This document shows, one piece after another, positions 1-11,684 of a stretch of 64,000 nucleotides of DNA. The notes under the pieces are model-generated. The model made no database searches and was not told where the DNA came from. It saw only the letters and a list, made by a program, of their open reading frames with translations. This DNA comes from Lepidodermella squamata (lineage: Eukaryota; Animalia; Gastrotricha). The stretch covers positions 992,001-1,056,000 of the forward strand of contig JBLDXI010000010.1 in assembly GCA_047495785.1 (NCBI GenBank), written 5' to 3'. Made by a program: the position numbers and the translations under genes. Position 1 is the stretch's first letter; each line of letters begins with the position of its first letter.

Positions 1-669
1 TGTCCGGATTTGGCAAGATCACGTGATGATTGTGATATAGCTCCGGGGATCGATACATAGCTCCGTTGGAACCCTTTGAGCTGATCTATAGGTGGATGGT
101 GTTATTTGAAAGTTGAGTCAATTCAGATTAATTTACCCCAGTGAAGTTGTAGTGGTGGGATAGGAAGCCCGAGAATCCGTTGCCACACACTCCGTTGACA
201 AAAAAGGGTAACTTATTTTCGAAGCCATTAGGTTGTAGCACCTTGTCGAGGAATATTCTCGGCGAGCCGTAGAAATCGCACTAGAATATTGTTGGTGGCT
301 TCAAGTTTTTATTGAGATTAGATTCGATTACCTTATCATCGATCAGTTCGATTACAAGTTCGTGGTTCGGCAAGATGCGACTTCGATCAATGGTTTCCAA
401 AGCGATTCGAACCTGTTCGCTGTAAATCGGGCCTGAAGGGTACACAACTCCTCCTATTGTTGTTAAAAAGAGCTTAGGGACAATTCCAGGATTAAAAGAC
501 GATCAAAATTACCATAGTTCATTCCCACAGATATCGTAAGCTTGGTTTTGTTCGATCCAGCTGAATTTGGATGAGTTAAGAAACTTGGCATTGGAGAGTT
601 CATATTCAACTTTGCCGAGGCCACTAAAACCACCACGGTTAGTAAAGATACCAAGGTAATTGAATTCAT
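1..669 (-). CDS. 5' part of an intron-containing Venus-flytrap (ANF receptor-type) protein, probably a GABA-B-like class C GPCR; runs off the window start
   Basis: Hand-spliced exons 669-513, 453-332, 280-137 and 85-<1, with GT-AG introns of 59, 51 and 51 bp, stay in frame. They give signal peptide MNSITLVSLLTVVVLVASA, then ...EQVRIALETIDRSRILPNHELVIELIDDKCD..., resembling the N-terminal VFT motif of GABA-B receptors ([27 protein letters not shown]). A 7TM region is not visible in the window. Confidence 0.75.
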
Positions 670-2859
670 GAAAACCTGGGAAGGACTGAGATGGTGTTTT
701 GTACACTGGAGAAAGGGCATTTATACCTATCCTCCAGACGAGTTAACTAGAATTGCGGTGGCCATGTGCGGGGCTAATTACCAATATCGGTATCTCAGGT
801 TCGAATTTCACGTACAAGCTTAGGGTCAAATATCGCGTGATTACGTAAGTTCATTTGAGGAGCAACTATAAAATAGCATCAAATAGTGTGACAACTGCCG
901 ACTTGAACGCCATTTGAAAGCATAAACACGCACGTTGTCTCCGAGTGCGAAAATGGCTGCAATTATGACGGGTTGGGACTTGATTGAGATAAGGCTAATG
1001 TAATGAAGAACTAAAATTGGCTAGATTTCATTCATTTTTCAATTTTAACTTGTAACAAATAAACATGGACTAATAAACATTGATACAACGTAACGGACTT
1101 CAACTGCTTTGGAGTCTGTCATTTATTTTTTCGCAATTTGCAACAAAATTGAGCTTGTAATTATCTTCAATTGGCCAAAAATTTCGTCTCGAAAATTAAA
1201 AAAAATTTGAAAGCAACAAATCCGAGAATAATATAGAATTTAAAAAAATGACCTTCATCCAAGACTATGCATGTGAGCTGCGGCCTTCGCGATGTAACAT
1301 TAATAAATTGATAAAAAGCGATAAAAATCATGGGTAACGAGTGCGAGCACATTGACGACTGTTGCTATGATTTAAAATCGTGTCATTTCGCCTCTCGCCA
1401 TCAGAAAATTCACAAACAGCTTATAACCTGTCTTAATTTTTGTATGCTCTAAATATAAAAAAAATTGAAGTTGATTTCGGAAACGCACTTGAGTTTAGTT
1501 GCCTGTCGATTAATACACCTTTTTTCTTGCATTTTCATTTTTTGCAAAACCAAGTGCACTGGCGTCTTCATTTTCTTCATTTTGTTTACTTTTTTAGTAT
1601 AGAGCTTCTGCTTCACGTTTTTCCGCTTTTTCCTCATCTCAGCCAGCAGCAGCACAGAAGAAGCAGAAAAAACTGGGCTCGTGCGTGCAGTTATGAGCAG
1701 TTATATACTCCTTTTCATCAACTTTTGACGCGATCGACCTGAATTTAGCAAAAATCGAAACTTTCATCCTAATTTGTGACCAGTTCCGTTATTAATAACA
1801 TTATGGAAAAATATGTCCCTGATCCTCTTGAAGAGATCTATCAGATGGCATTTGGTTCTTTCTGATGCGACCTTTAAGTCCGGAGAAATCGATGGTTGAA
1901 ATTTTGAATGTTTCGATTTTTTAGCCTCCAAGAAATTGACGAATCAGCAGACCATCTAGCGCCCATGGCGTGACACCCCTTTTCTCGTGAGTAGTCAGTC
2001 TATACTGATATTATGCCGATGAAATCACGCGAACTTGGCGTTTGCACAAAGGATGCATTAAACAATAGGGAAAGGCGAAAATGAATTTCACCATAATAGC
2101 GAAATACAAAAATGCCTAATGAAATGGCTTGATTTACTGCACAGAATTATTTCTCGGCCGAGAAAATAAATTCTCGACGAGGAAGCGTCGGCACTGAAAG
2201 GGTTAGAGATAAAAAAATGTAACAAATATGCACATTAACGCTATAATCATTGTATTATATGGATTCATGCCAATGAATTACACTGCAGTCTATGACGATA
2301 AACAACCTACTTAGCCTTAATGCACACGTTTCAACAAGTCGTGATTGCGATGGAAAGCGGAAAGCGTCTTGCCGGCATGTTTAGTAAAAAGTTTTTTGAA
2401 TAACAAAATAAAAATAAAATAGTTCTAAGACTACTTAGACTAAGTGCAACGTCATCGGCGGTAAAATTGATAAAAATAATTAAAATAGCCTATAGGTTCC
2501 TTCTCCCGCGCTGCCAACGATATAGTTAAATGGCAGTAAAATTGTTGCGCTTGACGAGAAGACTATTTTTCTGTTTTTCAACTTTGACTATTTTATGGTA
2601 GCAATTAGTAATAGATGTAATAAAAAGGTATAAACGCGCCTTCCGACGGTCAACCATAACATAATCAAACATAGTCATAACATTGTCATAACATTGTCAT
2701 AGTTTGAAAACGGAAATATAAGTTGTCCGCCATTCAACCATGATATAATTAATGTTCGGAAAGGAAAAGGAATAAAAATGGCACTGGCGCCCTATATATG
2801 CCAGCATTTCATTCTTTATTTATTCACTTTTCTTCAGCTGACACCAAACCTTGTTCAAA

Positions 2860-3555
2860 ATGATCGCCCTTGTTGCTTTCGCTACTCTCGTCGCCGGGGC
2901 GGCTGCTTGCCCACCGAGCACTAGTGCCACGACCACCCCTTGTCCGACGCCTCCGACCTGCTCCACTGGCAGCGCTTGCTACCAGACCAGTCTTCAACAG
3001 AGCACCGGAAGCCCCAGTTCTGTAAGTTGAATAGTCAACAATGCTACGCTGTTTCATTGAAAACCTGCTGTTTCTTCAAGTTCGTTGTCTGTTCGTTCAC
3101 GACCAGCGGTAAAGTTACGGCGAGCTTCTGCACCTCCATTGGCAGCTGCAGCTCCCCTGGTGTCACTGGTGTCACTGCCGGCAGTACGACGTACCTGTCG
3201 TTCAGCGCCTGCTGCGCCTCTTTAGGTTCATCCGTCAATTACGGCCAGTACTCCGTTCCGAACACTTCGCCCAGCTACGAAACGTCGGCACTTTGCTATG
3301 CCAGCACCGTCATGTACCGCAAGATTTCTGCTTCGCCTGCTTACTGTTTGAGCTTACCCGAGAGCACGACCGATAACAGTGCTATCGCAGCGAACGTAAG
3401 TCGATTTTGTTAATTCTCGACAAATGAAAATTAATATTTTGCAGATACCTGGCTTCAGCTCTTTCCTGTCCTGCTGTTATGCGTCCCCGGCAACCACAAA
3501 CTCTTTCACTGTACTCACTAGCAACGGTATCGCCTTCATGAAATGCAGCGCTTAA
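2860..3555 (+). CDS. Small secreted Cys/Ser/Thr-rich protein, paralog A (195 aa, unknown family)
   Basis: Exons 2860-3021, 3081-3395 and 3445-3555 with phase-0 GT-AG introns. Signal peptide MIALVAFATLVAGAAA, 14 Cys, TATA-like TATATA near 2793. Two paralogs in the window have the same exon structure. Confidence 0.88.
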
Positions 3556-4303
3556 ACGACGAATATGCCGAAGTTCCGAAAATTTGGACATGATGCTACA
3601 ATATCCAAGCTATTATTCATGAGTTAACAAAATTAGTGCATGAGCCTGTGCTTATGTTATACGACATTTCAGCCCAAGACAAAATATAGCAAGACAAATG
3701 AGACGTTGCAAGCGATTTCGGCCCTATCTCTAGCTGCTTTTACATTACTACTATGCGAATGGTAAACGATAGTAATTATTGTTGATTAACAATGATTAGC
3801 TTGTTTTTGCTCATTTTCGTGATTTTTTTATCCTGATTTTGAGAGAACTAAAAAGAATTAAAACCAGTTTACGTAGGTATTTTTGGGACTGATTGATTTT
3901 TCGTCAAACCAGGTGTTTGAGTATTGTATAAGCATGTACTCGTATAAAAGCCAGCCGTTGAAGCATCACGAACGATCGAACCCAGGGCTGCAAAAAATGA
4001 CAAACTGACGGATGAGCGACCGATTGACCGAACGACGCAATACAACAATTAATAGCAAAAAACTTGTGCTGCGTAGAAAAAACTTTTGTTATGATTCATC
4101 TACTCGACATATCCGGACTATAATTTAACAAAGTTTATAGTACAAACGAAAATGAGAGGGAAAACTGATGAAATAAAAATCCCTCCGTTTTACCCAGTTC
4201 GCCGGGCGTGATGGTAATTTAATTCACGCCAAACGCACCGAATGGCGGAGGAGGACCGGTAGCAAGCTACCTATATGATTATATTAAATATTTCAATTTC
4301 CCT

Positions 4304-5037
4304 ATAATAGCTAATAGCTATGAATGTTTTGTCGCGAAACCACTGAGCAATAGTGCTGGGTCATGATAATCATCCTCGTTCGGCATTTTTATTCACTATG
4401 CATTACTTAGCTTGGTCGAAATAAGAATACCAAATTTCAGCTCTGAAAATGGTCTAGCAAAGCTTCAAAATTACCCGTAACTATCCCGTCAACTCCTCAT
4501 TTAGGGGCGATCTAAGATTTTGGTGTTTACACTTCACCGTTTTGGTGTTTACTTTGTAAACCTGTAAACCCCTTAAAAAACACTGACTAAACGAACGCTA
4601 CAAATAAGCGTTTTTTGCCAGTTGCAGATAGAAAGCCTCCTATTGTATAGCGGCTCAAATTCATGGTTCTGGTCCGTAAGGTCACGGGTTGGCAAATTTT
4701 CAGATTTTTTTGTTAATGATCATTCACCGCTATATGAGCCGCTATATGCGCTATACAATAGGAGGCTTTCTATCTGCAATTGGCAAAAAACGCTTATGTG
4801 TAGCGTTCGTTTAGTGTATAAAAACCCAGCACTATTGCTCAGTGGTTTCGCCTTGTGCGTCAAAACTCAGTGGTCCCGGGTTCGAATCCTCTTTTTACCC
4901 CATTATTTTTTCTTTCGTCAGTTTTATTGTGTGAGATGACGAAGTGACGAAATGACGAAACGACGAAGCAATGAAAAAAACAACGCCTCATAACTAGCTA
5001 TTCATACCTCGTGACCACGTGACTTTGATTCTGCAAT
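4304..5037. mobile_element. Composite insertion with nested inverted repeats and a tRNA-like (A/B box) segment
   Basis: Absent from the duplicated copy near 10710. Perfect 28-bp IR at 4334-4361/4824-4851 and 67-bp IR at 4586-4652/4749-4815 (2 mismatches). A-box-like TTGCTCAGTGG at 4835 and B-box GGTTCGAATCC at 4879. Outer boundaries are approximate. Confidence 0.6.
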
Positions 5038-6336
5038 ACGGAAGCATAATGACTCGCCAAAGTAGTTCTATTTCTGGGCCAGGGCGTCGGCCTCCTCAAA
5101 ATTTGTAATCCCTATTTTGTTCAGATGTTTCCGCCTTACTGGTCGTCGCCCTTGCGGACTACTCCAAGACAAATGAGCCCAAATAAAAATGATTCTTGGC
5201 GACAATATGGCCTCGGATTTTTATTCGTGATTGAAAGGTCTCTGCCACTGGAAAAAATTCCAACAAATGTACGCGAATTAGCAGAAGATCGTGATTTTCG
5301 CCTAGCTGTTGTCGATTGGTTCACAGTAGCAAAATCCGCGAATCCTCCATAATACCCGAGTCCGAGTGTCAACAAATTTTCGCGATTCGTTTAAACAAAA
5401 ACGTTCGTTAAATTCGTATTCGTTTAATATAATAAACAACGCTTTTTAGCTGCAGGAGGTGGCAACGCGAAAATTGATAGTAAATTGGCGGCCTCGATAT
5501 AAGGAATTTTGACATGTGTTACAGTGCGACGAGGTCATTTGAAATACAGGCCCGAAATACAGTGCTGGTCTCGTTTATAAGGCGGGGGTTCGGGTTCGAT
5601 TGTTTCAAATATAAGGCAGTGCCTACTAATTCCGATTTTAATGTTATATATTTTCACAGTAATTTTAATTGCCGAGGAATGTTCAAGCTTACGTTGGATC
5701 TGAAGAGACTCCAAGGGCTGCTCGCAGGTGAAGTTGAAAGACTCAAGAGCTAAAAATTAAAAGGCATGAGTCTCAAGGCTCAAGGCATTTCATCCTGGAG
5801 GGTGTTATCCGGATCGTATCGTAAAATAGGCGTATCGTAAATTGCCGAATTATAAATTCATAAAACCTTCTTCCAAGCAGGGATTTTTTGATATATTTGT
5901 AATTTTCTAAACAAGCGGTGATTTTTTTTATATTTTTATATCAAAAAACCCTGCTTGTCCAGAAAATATCACCAAAAGCCCCACTTGTCAAGCACACAAG
6001 AGACAACCCAAAAAGGTCAAGCCACACTTCTAACACGATTTTATTAGGAATCACGAAAAAATGGGTGAAAATTAGGCAGAATATTGGAAGAAATTGCACA
6101 CGACAGGTATCGAATATTGGGCAGCGTTCACCCTAGCAGCACTTAGCGGGCAGCACTTAGCCACAGGCTCGGAAAAATCGGGTAGAATTCGCCCAGCATG
6201 TTTTCAAATTTTTATTTAGACCTATAGATTCGAAATTTTTTTCAATAATTTCAATTAAATTCAAATTTTTCAAAAAATTCAAAAAGGTAGCTCCGGCGGG
6301 CTGCAGACGCCTGTTGTACATTCAAAAGGTTAGACT

Positions 6337-7318
6337 CATTGACAAATAATAAGAGACTGGGCAATCTTGCCTTTGCCGAAATTATTCGAATCAACAATTT
6401 AAAATTCCTCCATAACCACATTGTAAGGGAAATTTACGAATGTCAGCCCTCACTATATCCTGCAACGACAGTTTTCATTGGCTGTAGAAGAGCCATGGCA
6501 ATAACGGGCAGTAGCTCACACTATATTTAAAAATTTTGAAGCAGTATCATAAAAATCTGCTAAAAAATCAGGGCTTTAATTGCTAACAGATATTAAAAAA
6601 CTAAGCACGCGGCAAAGCGCCAATCGTACTTGACAAGTGTCAAGGGTCAAGTCAAGGAGCGCATGTCACGAGCGCACAGCGGGCTCGCCCTAAATGAGGC
6701 CAATGAGGTGGATTACCAGCGCTTCGATACAAATCTTAATAGCTGTCGCTTTCGGTGTTTTCTATCTTACTGCTAAACTTTTCTGGCCGCTTTTATTCTT
6801 TTAATGCTTGTAGCTTTGGCTCTTCGGAATCGGGCGCTTCGGACGGCCCATCTGAATCGCGGCGGTCCGAAGTCTATTGTTCTCTCGCGTCGGATACTTC
6901 TGTGCGCGCACTCGTGTCGCGCGCCGCGTCCGAGGTTGTGCGCGTTTTTAAATGGTGATCTCGTTCTTCGGACGTGCGCGCGCATAACTTCGGCGCGTAT
7001 AACGCAACTTCGGGCGTCCGAAGTAGTTTATAAATCCAGCATTAGTACCACTCTGGAATCCGAGGTCGGGCGAATTGCAAGGCAGGCTCTCAAAGTTATC
7101 AAAGCCCTGATTTTTGAGAAAATTTTTATGATACAGCCTCAAATTATATGATTGAATAGAGCGTGAAACGTTGCACTAGATCGTGAAACCTTATCTCTGC
7201 ATCGTGAATGCTCAAGGCGCAATTAAAACACAAAGTTAGTGGGCGGATACAAACAATTTTTTTTATTTCGGCAGTATTAAATAAGCGTGAGTGTCCAGTC
7301 TCTTATCATTTGTCTATG
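6337..7318. mobile_element. Non-autonomous DNA transposon, P-element-like
   Basis: TIRs CATTGACAAATAATAAGAGACTGGGCA and (rc) CATAGACAAATGATAAGAGACTGGACA. 8-bp TSD GTTAGACT/GTAAGACT (1 mismatch). CpG-rich interior with TCGGA/TCCGA repeats; no transposase ORF. Confidence 0.7.
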
Positions 7319-9087
7319 GTAAGACTACACAGACGTTTTGCATTTATTTATGGAATCCTCTCGCCACTATAGAAGCTTCTGATAGCTTTTAGCCTTCTCG
7401 TCAAGCAGCAGTTGGCCTTGGCCTGCCGAAGCTAATACCTTTTAGCCTGTTTGTTAAATTGTTAGCTCGTGTTTGCATTTGAACTTCAAAATATTGACGA
7501 TAACATTGATTCTTCATTGACTAATCTATTTTAGGTTCCCTGAATATGGGGCCAGCCCAGTCACTGAATTTGTCGATTGCTTAGTTTGAGTCTTTAGTAA
7601 CATGCATTCGGCGGCTTGTGAAGTCTCACAGCTAAAACGGTCGATTGAATGTGTCAGATGGTAGATGGAAGAAGAGCATTGAAAGAAGGTTGGCATCGCT
7701 AAGTTGGCATTCCACATGAAGGCTGAACAATTCCCTGAGGTTTTTCGCCTGGGCACCAGAAAGTCAACCGATAAAATCAGGCATCATTTTGACCTCAATT
7801 CGCAGAGATGACCACCTGGGATTGCGGCTTGCACCATACCGCCAGCGACAGCACAGATTCGATTGCGTTGATAAAATCCACGTACCAAACACCGTTGCGA
7901 CGCGCTTGTCGGAGTCATACTCAGCAATCAGAGATAAAAATCCGACGGCTTTCGAGTCTCGTGCAACACATCCAATCGATAATCGCATTGTTCAAATCGA
8001 AACTGTTTCTTCAGGTGTTAAGGCGCGGCAAAGTTTCTGCAAATGTTGATTTCGAATGAAGCAGGTTTCAGAGTTGATTGTTTGCCCTCGAATGCGTCCG
8101 CAATGCCGATCGGTGCAGAATTTCGGAAGCATTTGTCCGTGAAATTCGAGCAGAGGGTCAGACATAAAATCGACGTTCAAAATTAGACGAGAGATCAGTA
8201 AAATGTATAAAATTAGTTCAATGGTTTAATTAGTTCAACATAAACAACAAGCACTAGCTGTGTAAGAAAAATGGAAAAATCGTTGAAACATTTAGCTTGT
8301 TCTCCTTAGAATCAAATCCACTGAAGTTTAAGATTCATTCAGCCCGAATAGCGTTATCAAAAGCATGTTTCATGAAGAATCCTATACCGTATACAAGTCG
8401 GCATCTAGCAAATTACTAATAACCGTTAATGATGAGTAAGGGCGACCTCATAAAGAACGATTCAACATCCTTACGAAAGCAAACATGTTGACAATACAAA
8501 ATTACCATCTAAAAGATGCGCGCACAAAAAAATTTGTTTCAAGAAGAGAGCGTCAGTGCCCCATCATATCACGAGGTTCTCTATGATTCTATGATAATAA
8601 AATACAAAAACTCCTACTCGAGCTAAGCAATGATACCCCGTCTTTCGTCCAAGTGCTTTGCCTATTTTAACTATGCTGTGGTGGACAGGTGGACGGCGCG
8701 CTTGTACTTTCTTTGATCTGTTCACGATTAATTGCAGTTGCCAATGATAATGGCCATGTAATAATCAAAAGCTTCACTATTAACCACTACATTTAAGCGC
8801 GCAGTCCATCAGTATATAGTTAAAGTTTGAAAAGATGAAGCCGCCCGCCTATCTTACAATAAAGTAAAAGGTTGAAGTTTGAAAAAAATGGGTGAAAAAC
8901 GGCTGTAATATTGTTTATGCCATAGAGAATGGAGTGATCAGTGCGTTCTCTATGATTGTTGAACTTGAGGAGGAGGCATTGTTTTTTTTCGATGTATTGG
9001 GCATAATAGCACCGGCGCCCTATAAATACCAGCAGTTTATCCTACATTTATTCATTTCTCATAAGCCGACTCCAAACCTTGTTCAAA

Positions 9088-9780
9088 ATGATCGTCCTTG
9101 TTGCCTTCGCTACTCTTATCGCCGGGGCCGCTGCTTGCCCACCGAGCACCACAACCACCCCTTGTCCGACGCCGCCAACCTGCAACACTGGCAGCGCTTG
9201 CTACCAGACCAGCCTTCAACAGAGCACCGGAAGCCCCAGTTCTGTAAGTTTATTAATCAACAATGCTACGCTGTTTCATTGAAAACCTGTTGTTTCTTCC
9301 AGTTCGTCGTCTGTACGTCCACGTCCAGCGGTCAAGTTTCGGCGAGCTTTTGCACCAGCTCAGGCAGCTGCAGCGCCACTGGTGTCACTGGTATCACTGC
9401 CGGCAGTACGACCTACCTGTCGTTCAGCGCCTGCTGCGCCTCCTTAGGTTCATCCGTCAATTACGGCCAGTACTCCCTTCCGGGCAGTTCGCCCACCTAC
9501 CAAACGCAGGAACTTTGCTATGCCAGCACCGTCATGTACCGCAAGATTTCTGCTTCGCCTGCTTATTGCTTGAGCTTACCCGAGAGCACGACCGATAATA
9601 GTGCTATCCCAGCGAACGTAAGTCGATTTTGGTAATTCTCGACAAATGAAAATTAATATTTTACAGACGCCTGGCTACACCTCTTTCCTGTCCTGCTGTT
9701 ATGCGTCACCGGCAACCACAAACTCTTTCACTGTACTCACTAGCAACGGTATCGCCTTCATGAAATGCAGCGCTCCTTAA
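9088..9780 (+). CDS. Small secreted Cys/Ser/Thr-rich protein, paralog B (194 aa)
   Basis: Exons 9088-9243, 9303-9617 and 9667-9780. Very similar to paralog A, including introns and 3' flank. TATAAATA at 9021. Confidence 0.88.
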
Positions 9781-9910
9781 ACGACGAATAGGCCGAAGTT
9801 CCAAAAACTTGGACATGATGCTACAATATCCAAACTATTATTCATAAGCTAAAAAATTAGTGCATGAGCCTACGCTTAAGTTATACGACATTTCAACCCA
9901 AGAAAAATTA

Positions 9911-10255
9911 CCGTATTTCATCTAATAATAGCCATGGCTACTATTTTTTCCGAAACTCCGAAAAAGGTCCAAAAAAGATGCAATTATTCGAGAGGGGCTA
10001 TTATTTATTGGCAATTTGGCAAGTCGTTTGCACTGTTGAATACTCTGTTTTCTGACCCACGCTGCTAATTAATCCTCGACACCCACAAACAACGGCTCAA
10101 GTCCACCACCTTTAATCCGCTTAGTAGTATGAGGCGACGCAAGTAGGGCAGCTTTTCCCCCCATCCAGCGCGGCTATTATTCATTTTTAAATGCTCAAAA
10201 TAGCCGAAAATTTCGGGCTATTATTCGAGGGAGGCTATTAATCGATGAAATACGG
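9911..10255. mobile_element. MITE, Tc1/mariner Tc2-like (CCGTA termini)
   Basis: 23-bp TIR CCGTATTTCATCTAATAATAGCC, 21/23 match to the other end, preceded by TA. Absent at the equivalent position (about 3686) of the other duplicate. Internal GGCTATTATTCGAG-type repeats. Confidence 0.8.
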
Positions 10256-10470
10256 TTTAGCGAGACGAATTTATAGCATAGCATTATCTTTATCTCATCA
10301 TTTCCTTCATTTTGCAGGTAACAATGTTAAAAAATCAAAGTTTAAAGTACAAACGAAAATGAGAAGGAAAAATGATGAAATAAAAATCACTCCTGTTTAC
10401 CCAGTTCACCGGCTGTGATGATTGTTAAATCGCACCGAGTGTCGGAGGACTCCTACCGATCCTGATCACC

Positions 10471-10622
10471 CACTGTGACGGGGAAACTCCCCATTGTCGT
10501 GTGGCGCCTTCCGTCCATCCGTCCGTACGTCAAGTGTGCGCAGTAGTTGGGCACGTCGTTCGCGCCCTCTGCAGGAGGATATAGGAGTCCTCTAAAAAAC
10601 GGGGAGTTTCTCTGTCACTGTG
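10471..10622. mobile_element. 152-bp MITE-like element with CACWGTG termini
   Basis: 22-bp IR CACTGTGACGGGGAAACTCCCC and (rc) CACAGTGACAGAGAAACTCCCC. It lies in sequence missing from the other duplicate. No TSD found. Confidence 0.55.
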
Positions 10623-11684
10623 AAAGGCCGTCAGGCCGACACAGCTTAATTTCTTGATGCAATCAATCCAACTCAATTTAGAATCTAATCCGATATTTCA
10701 ATTTCCCCTAGGAAATAAATTTTTTGTCGCCAAGTGGATCTTTTCTGGGCCAGGGCGTCGACCTCCTCGAAATTTGTCATCTCTATTTTGTTCAGATGTT
10801 TTCAGGCAACTATCGGCCAATTTCGATAACATCCCCAGTTGCTCGCAAGTTTGAGCATTGCCAAAGTTCCTTGCGCCAGCTCAGCACGATTTTCGCAAAA
10901 GACGCTAAACGGACACGTGTGTCGACGAGTTCGCTGGCGGTTAGCAATGTGTAAAGGGAAGATTGTCGGCGCGATTATGTGATATGATGATTATAGGCCA
11001 TGGCAATGTCAATCAATTAACCGACGAAAAGCTAACAGAGCTCGCTATTTTGTGTTTAACTTTTAATATCGATATAATGCGTTTGAATGAAACTTTTTGA
11101 AGCCCGGTAAGTCATTGCCTTTCATAGGCTACAAAATCTTTAGAGCCGATCGACCAGGTACAACTATAGGTGGAGGCATCGTTTTACATCGTTATACTCG
11201 ATTAAAAGAAAGAAAAACGTGCATTGGTTTGAAATTTTAAAATTGATCGTATTCCGAGAGGGGAAGAGATAGCTAAATTTGACTCGGATTCTTGTAGGCA
11301 ACATTCGAAAGTAGTATTTTGCCAATTATGATGGAAAAATTCGTTACATTGATGGAACTGTGAATTAGCAAAGTCGAACTTCCGAAATCGTCCTTCCCGC
11401 CGTGAAAGGAATAACAATTTTCAATCTTAAAAATTCCATTTTAACAATTTCAATATGGTTCATCATCGCTTGCGTCACTATCAATCAATTCAATTAGAAC
11501 ACAGCAAAATAAAACAACGATTTGAATCGCGCAGTTGAAATTGAAACAAAGCAAACAAAATTTACTACCAATTAGATAATGAGAATTCGATGTGAGTTCG
11601 GTTTCGAAAGGCAACTCATTCATCGAATAGCGCTGTCAAGAAATCATCGTACATTTTTCAAGTTGAAAATTTTTCTCTACATCG

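Larger units (their letters stand above)
9000..10803 (+). repeat. Second copy of a segmental duplication (first copy about 2780-5130)
   Basis: Gene, introns, 3' UTR and downstream blocks align, e.g. 4140-4255 with 10347-10450 and 5055-5130 with 10727-10803. The copies are interrupted by copy-specific insertions. Confidence 0.8.

Noticed and set aside
1440-2205. Lys-rich ORF and a piggyBac-like end (CACTGAAAGGGTTA near 2192-2205)
   Set aside because: No matching left terminus or TTAA TSD found; the ORF is low-complexity.
4826-4895. Possible tRNA gene
   Set aside because: A and B boxes are present, but I could not fold a proper acceptor stem or cloverleaf; treated as SINE-like.
6755-7151. Overlapping Arg/Ala-rich ORFs on both strands
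   Set aside because: By-product of the CpG-rich interior of the 6337-7318 element.
7526-8180. Several overlapping short ORFs with plausible splice sites on the minus strand
   Set aside because: I could not build a consistent in-frame model or recognise a domain; it may be a decayed gene.
8892-9635. 247-aa ORF-track protein (and 2940-3413, 44139-44699)
   Set aside because: These read through the promoter and intron 1 in the exon-2 frame; the spliced 3-exon models are better supported.
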